Source of the DNA: a virus
Direction: 5' to 3' (one strand)
DNA length: 36,204 nt
Virus record (IMG/VR): IMGVR_UViG_3300021399_000310
Location: 1-36,204 of that record
Shown: positions 1-6,859 of the stretch, in pieces
How the letters are laid out: the number at the start of each line of letters is the position of its first letter
Numbering within the stretch: the first letter of the stretch is position 1
The notes under the pieces: model-generated
The model's input: the letters and a program-made list of their open reading frames with translations, nothing else
The model's database searches: none
Told to the model about the DNA's origin: nothing
Made by a program: the position numbers and the translations under genes

Positions 1-127
1 TCCATGAGTATCAGCCTTATAACGAAGGCACTGTTTATGTAAACATGTTGCAGAACTCACAAACATGGACAGGATGGAAAGCACTTCCGTCAATAGACGA
101 GATGAAAGCGTCGTGGGCGAATTATGG
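1..127. repeat. 127-bp terminal direct repeat, identical to 36078..36204 (circular-contig overlap)
   Basis: Read base by base: tccatgagtatcagcc...gggcgaattatgg occurs at both ends of the window. Confidence 0.95.
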
Positions 128-809
128 ATGTAAGAACCTGCTGAGCCAGAAGAACGCCCCAGCTACCAACACAGTTAACGGCGTTACATTCACCATGAAC
201 GGAGACGGCAGTGTTAAGGTCAGCGGAACAGCAACAGCAGACGCGTTCTTCTGGCTCATTTCAAGTGGTGCTAAAGCGTTAGGATTGGCAAGCGGACGGT
301 ATACGCTGAGCGGTGGTAGCAGTAACGTAACAGTGCAGGTTCAGTATAACGGCACATGGCTGAGCGACACAGGAAACGCACCGTCATTCACCTATAACAG
401 CGCAAGCACTGCCAGTGACCTTGCACGGCTTTTTGTAAAGAACGGGAAGACCGTTAACGAAACAATTTACCCCATGATTCGCTCTGCATCCATCGCAGAT
501 GATACCTATGTACCGTATGCTCCGAATAACGCAGAACTGAACACAAGCGCTTATCAGATGAAGGGCAGTCTTCCCACAGGAACAGACCTCAATGACATCA
601 CAACAACAGGCACTTACTTCATCTCCGGTTCTTACTCTTATACACACAGTCCTGCCGGGTATGGCATTTTGATTGTCATGCGGTATCAGACTGAAGGCTC
701 AATCTGCTCGCAGATGATAGTGAACGGTGCGCAATTGTGGACAAGATATTACGGCGGTTCTTCGTGGTCAACGTGGTACAGAGCAACCATGACAGCACAG
801 GGCAGTTAA
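1..809 (+). CDS. Tail fibre / receptor-binding protein, 3' part of a gene that starts at 35705 and wraps the circular junction
   Basis: 35705..36204 is open, with no stop, in the same frame as track ORF 45..809 once the 127-bp overlap is collapsed. The joined product is 393 aa. The C-terminal knob-like domain (LNDITTTGTYFISG...WSTWYRA) resembles pyocin-knob or fibre tips. Confidence 0.8.
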   Translation, partial: HEYQPYNEGTVYVNMLQNSQTWTGWKALPSIDEMKASWANYGCKNLLSQKNAPATNTVNGVTFTMNGDGSVKVSGTATADAFFWLISSGAKALGLASGRYTLSGGSSNVTVQVQYNGTWLSDTGNAPSFTYNSASTASDLARLFVKNGKTVNETIYPMIRSASIADDTYVPYAPNNAELNTSAYQMKGSLPTGTDLNDITTTGTYFISGSYSYTHSPAGYGILIVMRYQTEGSICSQMIVNGAQLWTRYYGGSSWSTWYRATMTAQGS

Positions 810-829
810 TCAGAAAGGAAGGTAAAACA

Positions 830-1597
830 ATGAAATCAGTACAGGACTTTATTAGTCGGTACATCGGCAGACGCATCGATGATGACTACGTCGCAAATGT
901 GCAGTGCGTAGACGGATTTAGAATTGGGTGCAAGTACTGGGGCTACCCGGCGATGCGCACAGAGACAGGATGGGCGGACGGTTATTGGTTTGCCCGGTAT
1001 GATCAGGGATGGGACAAGTATTTTGAATTCGTTACCAATCCCAAAGCACTGCGTCCGGGTGATTGGTGCTTCTGGGCAATCGGCTCTAAGTCATGCCCTT
1101 CGTCTCATGTATCGATGTTCGTAGGATACACGAACACCCTCAAAACAGCCGGAGAGTTTTTCGGAGAGAATCAGGGCGGAAACGGCGGATTTACCAAAGG
1201 CGTTATCTCATTGGATATCTGCGGAGCCTTCAGACCGAAAGCACTGATAAACACAACCAAAACAACAGAGTGGGTCACATCGCTGTACAAGAACATTTTG
1301 CACCGGACACCGGACAGCGGAGGACTCACGGCATGGGTCAACAGCATCGAGAACGGAACACTTGCGAAGTCGGTAGTGGCTTCGTTTTTTAATAGCCGTG
1401 AGTATCTGAACAAAAAGACCACAGACGAGCAGTTCATCACAGACTGCTACAGCGGTTATCTTCAGAGGAAACCGGATAAGTCGGGAACGGCACACTGGAC
1501 AAAGACGCTCAGGACAAAAGGCAGAAGCGCAGTGTTGAACGGCTTCGGGAATTCTGCCGAGTTTAAGCGTTTAATCGCAAAATATGGGGTAAAATAG
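830..1597 (+). CDS. Endolysin: N-terminal CHAP amidase/peptidase plus two DUF4214-like C-terminal repeats
   Basis: RBS GAAAGGAAGG lies upstream of ATG 830. Catalytic-type Cys (NVQCVDGF) and His (SSHVSMFVGY) are present. The repeats are LYKNILHRTPDSGGLTAWV and CYSGYLQRKPDKSGTAHW. Confidence 0.85.
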   Translation: MKSVQDFISRYIGRRIDDDYVANVQCVDGFRIGCKYWGYPAMRTETGWADGYWFARYDQGWDKYFEFVTNPKALRPGDWCFWAIGSKSCPSSHVSMFVGYTNTLKTAGEFFGENQGGNGGFTKGVISLDICGAFRPKALINTTKTTEWVTSLYKNILHRTPDSGGLTAWVNSIENGTLAKSVVASFFNSREYLNKKTTDEQFITDCYSGYLQRKPDKSGTAHWTKTLRTKGRSAVLNGFGNSAEFKRLIAKYGVK

Positions 1598-1604
1598 GAG
1601 GGGC

Positions 1605-1895
1605 ATGATGGACATTACAGAGTATGTTGTCCCAGCAGTAATGGCGGGGACATGGATTGTTTTGCAGATCGTGAAAGCCGTATTGAGTGAGGAAAGCAAG
1701 ATACGGAGATTTATCCCGTTATTCTCTGCTGTGTTAGGCGTTGCTTTCACCGTCTGGGTTTCGGGCGTATTGGATTTTACGCACTTTTTACAGGGTATCG
1801 CGAGTGGATTTGCGGCTACAGGTCTAAACGAGAGCGTAAATGCAGTTTTCTATCATGCAGCAGAACCGGGCGGCGAATCTGATGGATCTGAATGA
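1605..1895 (+). CDS. Holin (small protein with 2-3 transmembrane segments)
   Basis: 96 aa. Hydrophobic segments VVPAVMAGTWIVLQIV and FIPLFSAVLGVAFTVWV, with a charged C-terminus. Adjacent to the endolysin. Confidence 0.75.
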   Translation: MMDITEYVVPAVMAGTWIVLQIVKAVLSEESKIRRFIPLFSAVLGVAFTVWVSGVLDFTHFLQGIASGFAATGLNESVNAVFYHAAEPGGESDGSE

Positions 1896-2259
1896 AATCA
1901 ACACGGTCTGGATCTTCATTGGCAAAGTTGGCGTATTTCTCGGCGTGATCGTGGCGATCGTGCAAGCCGTGAAGTATCTTGTCAGCCTCATGCCGACGAC
2001 AAAGCTGGACAACCGGGTGAAGGAAATCGAAGGGAAGCAAGCGAATGACTACGAACATCTCAAAGAGATCGACCGAAGGATTGAGCATCTGGAGCAGACA
2101 GTCAACGCAACGCAGACGCAGATTAAGGAAGTCAATGAAGGTATTCAGAGGATAGGCAAAAGCCAGATCTCTTTACTGCGTCATATGATCGACGGCAACG
2201 GCATCGACAAAATGAAGGAAGAATCTGAGGAACTGACGGAGTTCTTTATAACGAGGTGA
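1882..2259 (+). CDS. Membrane-anchored coiled-coil protein of the lysis cassette (BhlA/UviB-like architecture)
   Basis: ATG 1882 overlaps the holin stop. N-terminal TM segment VWIFIGKVGVFLGVIVAIV, followed by a heptad-like charged helix (IEHLEQTVNATQTQIKEVNEGIQ). Confidence 0.55.
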   Translation: MDLNEINTVWIFIGKVGVFLGVIVAIVQAVKYLVSLMPTTKLDNRVKEIEGKQANDYEHLKEIDRRIEHLEQTVNATQTQIKEVNEGIQRIGKSQISLLRHMIDGNGIDKMKEESEELTEFFITR

Positions 2260-2261
2260 CC

Positions 2262-2528
2262 ATGGAAGAAGACAAAACACTGACAATTCCGTACTTCGCC
2301 CACGAGGGCATGATGGTCAGAGCAGAGCGGACGAACCACCGGCTCTGGATCTTGTGTATCGTGCTCATTGTTTCACTGATCGCAACGAACCTTGCATGGA
2401 TTCTTTACGAATCGCAATGGGAGGTGTACGAAGAACAGGTTGTTGAACAGGAATCGACAACCGGAGCGAACAACTTCATCGGAAGGGATGGAAATATTGG
2501 CGATGGCGAAGCAGACAGTAACAACTAG
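2262..2528 (+). CDS. Small single-pass membrane protein (lysis-associated)
   Basis: GAGGTG RBS, then ATG 2262. TM segment LWILCIVLIVSLIATNLAWILY with an acidic tail. Confidence 0.6.
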   Translation: MEEDKTLTIPYFAHEGMMVRAERTNHRLWILCIVLIVSLIATNLAWILYESQWEVYEEQVVEQESTTGANNFIGRDGNIGDGEADSNN

Positions 2529-2649
2529 ACGCGGGCGCAGAAGAAGGGGAAGCGGAACAACGTCCGGTGGGTATGTGCAGTGCCTCCGTTGTCACGGAAC
2601 TGGTAGAGTTCGCAAAGGCGGAAACGCAAGAGGTAAGTCAAAGAAATGA
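2503..2649 (+). CDS. Possible 48-aa basic peptide with one CxxCxGxG (DnaJ-type zinc-finger) motif
   Basis: Sequence MAKQTVTTRRGRRRRGSG...CLRCHGTGRVRKGG. It fills an otherwise 117-nt gap, and its stop forms an ATGA overlap with the next gene. Codon bias is ambiguous. Confidence 0.3.
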   Translation: MAKQTVTTRRGRRRRGSGTTSGGYVQCLRCHGTGRVRKGGNARGKSKK

Positions 2650-3320
2650 ATGAACGGAAGTATTGCGTTTACAAACACACTTCACCCGACGGTCGCATTT
2701 ATATTGGGTTAACCAAAAACGACCCGAAAGTTAGGTGGCAAGGCGGGACTGGTTACAGAGGGAATTCATACTTTACTAGAGCCATCAAAAAATACGGTTG
2801 GGAAAGTTTTAAGCATGAAATAATTGCCAAAAATTTAACCGAACTCGAAGCCAAAACGATGGAAATTCAACTCATTGCTAAATTCAGAAGCAACGAAAGA
2901 AAGTTTGGATTCAATATCTCTAGTGGCGGAGAATCAAAAAAAGGGACGAAAATATCCGCCGAACAAAAAAGGCAAATTCGTGAAGCAAACATCGGTAAAA
3001 TTGTTTCGCAAGAAACAAGAGAAAAACTTCGCCAACGGTCTTTAGAAACGTGGAAAAATAAAGACCATGTAAGCCATATGCGAGAAATCAACCTTGGCAT
3101 CAATAACCCGCAATACGGAAAGAAATTGACTGATAAGGAAAAACTCAAAAGAGGCGCAAAACAAGTATCGCAGTTCACGATAAGCGGAGAACACATTGGT
3201 AATTATATTTCCATACATGAAGCCTCAAAACAAACAGGAATAAGCCGCGATGTAATTTCTAAGTGTTGCAAAGGAATGTTCAAACAAGGCGGTGGATTCG
3301 TATGGGAGTTAATGATGTGA
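2646..3320 (+). CDS. Free-standing GIY-YIG homing endonuclease (I-TevI/Seg-like) with NUMOD3 repeats and a C-terminal HTH
   Basis: YCVYKH...GRIYIGLT (GIY-YIG), with the downstream R, E (MEIQLI) and N (FGFNISSGG) positions. Repeated (S/T)xExRxK motifs. C-terminal IHEASKQTGISRDVISKCC. The region is visibly AT-richer than its flanks. Confidence 0.9.
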   Translation: MNERKYCVYKHTSPDGRIYIGLTKNDPKVRWQGGTGYRGNSYFTRAIKKYGWESFKHEIIAKNLTELEAKTMEIQLIAKFRSNERKFGFNISSGGESKKGTKISAEQKRQIREANIGKIVSQETREKLRQRSLETWKNKDHVSHMREINLGINNPQYGKKLTDKEKLKRGAKQVSQFTISGEHIGNYISIHEASKQTGISRDVISKCCKGMFKQGGGFVWELMM

Positions 3321-3556
3321 AGACTTTCGTAGACTTATCACGAAGTGATGTTGAACACTTGATCGACGAGTGGATATTCAGCGAGAGAGACCGCGCGATC
3401 CTGAAGCGGCGGATCCTCGACGGCATCTGCTTCGAACCGCTGGCGGAAGAATTCGATCTGTCTGTCCGTCAGGTAAAAACGATCGTTTACAGATCGGAAA
3501 AAACCATATACAAGCACGCGGTTTCTTTCAAGACAGAAAGAGAGGAAATCCCCTGA
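3302..3556 (+). CDS. Small sigma-70 region-4-like HTH transcription regulator
   Basis: Sequence DEWIFSERDRAILKRRILDGICFEPLAEEFDLSVRQVKTIVYRSEKTIY matches the sigma r4 / YlxM-type pattern. The start is uncertain: ATG 3302 or GTG 3317. Confidence 0.7.
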   Translation: MGVNDVKTFVDLSRSDVEHLIDEWIFSERDRAILKRRILDGICFEPLAEEFDLSVRQVKTIVYRSEKTIYKHAVSFKTEREEIP

Positions 3557-3583
3557 TACTAATTCTTTTCCGCGTGCAGTATA

Positions 3584-3612
3584 CAGACCCTGAAAAGGGT
3601 CTGTTTTTTTTT
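3584..3612 (+). terminator. Rho-independent terminator
   Basis: Stem CAGACCC / GGGTCTG, 6-nt loop, then nine T. Confidence 0.85.
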
Positions 3613-3742
3613 GCTCTTTTGGTGTACATTATTGGCGTCTTCTGGGAATCTTTGTGACACTTTTGAGCAGTTTTTTATTCATCCTTGCGGAAAGCGGCGA
3701 AAGCCGTTTTTCGTTTCCCATAATTTGCACAAAATCTGCACG

Positions 3743-3773
3743 GCAGCTTCATCGTAAAAGCTGCTCTTTTTTT
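3743..3773 (+). terminator. Terminator-like hairpin immediately upstream of the 3802 operon (a weaker hairpin lies at 3691-3711)
   Basis: Stem GCAGCTT / AAGCTGC followed by TCTTTTTTT. The weaker one is AAAGCGGC-GAAA-GCCGTTTT. Confidence 0.6.
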
Positions 3774-3801
3774 GCACAATGAAGGCGAAAAGAGGGCGTG
3801 T

Positions 3802-4194
3802 ATGTTTATAGAAACGAACCGTAACCCGATGAAGAAACGGGTCGGCGACTGCGTGATCCGTGCGCTTTCGGCGGTCATGAATGAACCGTGGGATCGGGTG
3901 TACATCGACGTCATGCTGGAAGGCTTCAGTCTGAAAGACATGCCGTCGGCAAACTATGTCTGGGGCGCTTATCTGAAGCGGAACGGATACATCCGGGAAA
4001 CGATCCCGAATACCTGTCCGAAGTGCTACAGCGTTAAAGACTTCTGCAAAGATCATCCGGAAGGACGGTACATTCTCGGAACCGGCCAGCATGCGATCGC
4101 CGTGATCGACGGCGACTATCTCGATACATGGGACTCAGGCGACGAGGTTCCGGTTTTCTATTGGAAGAAAGGAGATCCGTATGGCGACATATAA
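3802..4194 (+). CDS. Cassette gene A: small Cys...His protein (possible papain-like fold), function unknown
   Basis: RBS AGAGGG. Motifs KRVGDCVIRALS and GQHAIAVIDGDYLDTWDSGDEVPVFYW. From memory this is a family widespread in gut phages and always unannotated. Confidence 0.7.
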   Translation: MFIETNRNPMKKRVGDCVIRALSAVMNEPWDRVYIDVMLEGFSLKDMPSANYVWGAYLKRNGYIRETIPNTCPKCYSVKDFCKDHPEGRYILGTGQHAIAVIDGDYLDTWDSGDEVPVFYWKKGDPYGDI

Positions 4195-4588
4195 TCCATA
4201 TTTTCCCGTCGGCTATCAGCCGTACAATTTCCCGTACGCGGCGCAAAACAGCCCGTCTGACGCGGCACAGAATATCCCGCAGGGAATGGCAGCGCCACAG
4301 AGACAGACGCAGCAGAGCCCGATCTTATGGGTGCAGGGAGAAGCCGGAGCGAAGGCATTCCCGGTCGCACCGAATCAGACGGTGCAGCTCTGGGATTCGG
4401 AAGCCCAGGTAATTTATCTGAAATCAGCAGACACGAGCGGAATGCCGACGATGAAGGTTCTGGACTACACGATTCGGGAACAGAACAGCCCGATCAGCCC
4501 GGTGGTGAAATCTTCGCCGGACTACATCACGCGGGAAGAGTTTGAGAAGAGGCTCGCAGAGCTGAAGGAAAAGAGGGCGGAAGAATGA
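4181..4588 (+). CDS. Cassette gene B: P/Y/Q-rich N-terminus plus a beta-rich domain, unknown function
   Basis: RBS AAAGGAGA. Overlaps gene A by 14 nt. Contains ILWVQGEAGAKAFPVAPNQTVQLWDSEAQVIYLKSADTSGMP. Confidence 0.75.
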   Translation: MATYNPYFPVGYQPYNFPYAAQNSPSDAAQNIPQGMAAPQRQTQQSPILWVQGEAGAKAFPVAPNQTVQLWDSEAQVIYLKSADTSGMPTMKVLDYTIREQNSPISPVVKSSPDYITREEFEKRLAELKEKRAEE

Positions 4589-4782
4589 ACCCGATCTATC
4601 AGCAGTACGGACGCGGCAACCAGCCGCAAAACATCCTGCAGCAGTTCCAGCAATTCCGGCAGAACTTCAGCGGGAATCCGCAGCAGATCGTGCAGAACAT
4701 GCTCAACAGTGGACAGATCACACAGGAACAGGTCAACCGGGCAACGCAGATCGCGAACCAGCTGATCCGTTTCATCAAATAG
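4585..4782 (+). CDS. Cassette gene C: 65-aa Q/N-rich protein, unknown function
   Basis: ATGA overlap with gene B. Sequence NILQQFQQFRQNFSGNPQQIVQNMLNSGQITQEQ. Confidence 0.7.
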   Translation: MNPIYQQYGRGNQPQNILQQFQQFRQNFSGNPQQIVQNMLNSGQITQEQVNRATQIANQLIRFIK

Positions 4783-4830
4783 ACTTCAACCCAAGCGCGC
4801 AGGGATTGAATAAAAAGAGGAGACGAAAAA

Positions 4831-5637
4831 ATGGCATTAACAGACGAAAACGGTGCCGGCATGGTTATGCCCGTGGCACCCATGTATGGCGGAAGCGGTA
4901 CAGGCTTCGGTGACGGATTCGGCGGCAGCGGCTGGTGGATCCTGCTGCTTTTCATCCTGCTCGGAAACGGAGCGTGGGGAAATTGCGGCGGAAACGGAAC
5001 CGGCGGTCTTTATCCGTGGATGAATCAGAGCCAGCAGATCAACGGTGGTTTCCGTGATCAGATGCTCGGCAGTCAGCTGACAGGCATTCAGAGCGCTGTC
5101 ACAAGCGGCTTCGGCGATGTTCAGACGGCTCTTTGCAGCGGCTTTGCCGGAGTAAATGCGGGAATCGCGAACGGCTTCTCGCAGGCAGAGATTGCAAACA
5201 ACGCCCGTCAAATGGCAAACATGAATCAGACCTTTGCTTTACAGTCTGCTCTGCAGAACTGCTGCTGCGAGAACCGCGCAGGGCTGGCAGACGTCAAGTA
5301 CACGGTCGCAACAGAGGCTTGCGCTGATCGCGCAGCCGTATCGGATGCACTGCGTGACGTGATCGCTTCACAGACAGCAAGCACACAGAGGATTCTGGAT
5401 CAGCTCTGCGCCGATAAGATCGAGGCGAAGAACGACACGATCGCACAGCTGCGCAGCGAACTCATGTACGCACGCGGACAGGCTTCTCAGGACGTACAGA
5501 CGGCAGCGATTCAGGCAGGCCAGAGAGCACTTGCAAACGAAGTCGAGCAGTATGTACTGCCCACGCCGCGCCCGGCTTACATCGTGCAGAACCCGAACTG
5601 CTGCGTACAGAACCCTTGCGGTTGCGGCAACTTCTGA
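4831..5637 (+). CDS. Cassette gene D: Gly-rich, single-TM, Cys-cluster protein, unknown function
   Basis: RBS AGAGGAG. Gly-rich GSGTGFGDGFGGSG, then TM segment WWILLLFILLG. Also GF repeats, CCCEN, and a C-terminal NPNCCVQNPCGCGNF. Confidence 0.75.
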   Translation: MALTDENGAGMVMPVAPMYGGSGTGFGDGFGGSGWWILLLFILLGNGAWGNCGGNGTGGLYPWMNQSQQINGGFRDQMLGSQLTGIQSAVTSGFGDVQTALCSGFAGVNAGIANGFSQAEIANNARQMANMNQTFALQSALQNCCCENRAGLADVKYTVATEACADRAAVSDALRDVIASQTASTQRILDQLCADKIEAKNDTIAQLRSELMYARGQASQDVQTAAIQAGQRALANEVEQYVLPTPRPAYIVQNPNCCVQNPCGCGNF

Positions 5638-5648
5638 GGTAAACCGCC

Positions 5649-6098
5649 ATGGCAGAGTATTTAGCAAACGCCGAGCAGACGGTCGCGCTTAACGCGCCGG
5701 TGCTCTTCACTGCTTCCATCCCATGTCAGAAGGGGTATGTATACCACGAAGACGAGACCGGGATCTTTATTCTCCGCGGCATTACACAGAACTGCTTCGC
5801 GCGATACCAGGTGACTTACAACGGAAACATCGCGATCCCTGAGGGAGGCACGGTCACGCCGATCGGCGTCGCAATCGCGGTCAACGGGGAACCGAGACCG
5901 ACGAGCCGGGCAATCTTCACACCGGCTGCGGCTGAGGAATACGGAAACGTCACGAGCACGGCGATCATCACCGTTCCTCGCGGCTGCTGCTTCAGCCTTT
6001 CGGTCAGAGCGGTTGACGGCACAACGCTTGCAGCAGACGAGGCAGCGCCGGAAATTTCCGTCATTAACTCGAATCTGGTCATAAATCGCATAGCATGA
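5649..6098 (+). CDS. Cassette gene E: all-beta protein, possibly a TNF/C1q (BclA C-terminal-like) jelly-roll
   Basis: RBS GAGGT. Alternating beta-type pattern (YQVTYNGNIAIP, GVAIAVNGEP, AIITVPRGCCFSLSVRAV). The fold call is from pattern memory only. Confidence 0.65.
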   Translation: MAEYLANAEQTVALNAPVLFTASIPCQKGYVYHEDETGIFILRGITQNCFARYQVTYNGNIAIPEGGTVTPIGVAIAVNGEPRPTSRAIFTPAAAEEYGNVTSTAIITVPRGCCFSLSVRAVDGTTLAADEAAPEISVINSNLVINRIA

Positions 6099-6108
6099 GG
6101 AGGAGAAG

Positions 6109-6504
6109 ATGCACGATATTTACAAACTGAAGGACATGCTGACCGACGAGCTTGAGGAATACGGACGGAAAGGTGAACTGTCTGCCGGTTCTCTGGAGAT
6201 CATCGATAAGCTGTCCCACGCGCTGAAGAGCGTCACAACGATTCTGGCAATGGAAGACAGCGACCAGAGCCATTGGGGCTATCCGCCGTATTCACGCGAG
6301 CAGAACCGCGGAAACAGCGACAGAGGAAACTCGTACACGGGCAGATCATACCCCCGCCGGGACTCGATGGGCAGATACAGCCGGGAGTACTCCGGAGCGG
6401 TTGACGATATGATCGAACAGCTGCGCACCATGATGGACGAAGCGCCGGATCAGAGCACGAGAGCAGAGATCCAGCGGCTCGTCGCGAAAATGGAAAAAAT
6501 GTGA
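6109..6504 (+). CDS. Cassette gene F: helical protein with a central R/S/Y/G-rich disordered segment
   Basis: RBS GAGGAGGAG. Sequence REQNRGNSDRGNSYTGRSYPRRDSMGRYSREYSG, flanked by helices. Confidence 0.75.
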   Translation: MHDIYKLKDMLTDELEEYGRKGELSAGSLEIIDKLSHALKSVTTILAMEDSDQSHWGYPPYSREQNRGNSDRGNSYTGRSYPRRDSMGRYSREYSGAVDDMIEQLRTMMDEAPDQSTRAEIQRLVAKMEKM

Positions 6505-6830
6505 TACGGGAAGAGGATCTGCGGGAAGCCATCGCAGAATGCAACGGAGAGAGGAACCCGAACGCGAGCACATGCCTGAAGCTCGCAGCGTACTATACGA
6601 TTCTTAACAACATGAAAGGCACAGATCCGGAGCCGGTGAAGGCTGAAGCGCTGCCGCCTGCGTATTCGTTTGCGCCGCCGGAGTATACCAGCGACACGGA
6701 ATTCGGAAGGCTGATCAGCGAAAAAGACACATACACGGTGCTCGAAATCATGGACGAACTTATGGAGACGCTGCGGATCATGTACCCGCGCTTATATGAC
6801 GCAGTTTTGCGTAAATTGACCGCCGAATAA
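6501..6830 (+). CDS. Cassette gene G: small protein, unknown function
   Basis: GTG start in a GTGA overlap with the stop of gene F. Coding-like third-position GC. Followed directly by a terminator. Confidence 0.6.
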   Translation: MIREEDLREAIAECNGERNPNASTCLKLAAYYTILNNMKGTDPEPVKAEALPPAYSFAPPEYTSDTEFGRLISEKDTYTVLEIMDELMETLRIMYPRLYDAVLRKLTAE

Positions 6831-6848
6831 TTGGCGGTCTTTTTTTTT
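6818..6848 (+). terminator. Rho-independent terminator closing the 3802-6830 operon
   Basis: Stem GACCGCC / GGCGGTC, then nine T. It overlaps the stop codon. Confidence 0.85.
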
Positions 6849-6859
6849 GCAAAAAAGGG

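Noticed and set aside
2392-2502. The N-terminal part of track ORF 2392..2649.
   Set aside because: It overlaps the better-supported TM-protein gene (2262..2528) in another frame. Only the distal 48 codons (2503-2649), which fall largely in an otherwise empty gap, are kept, and those as a low-confidence call.
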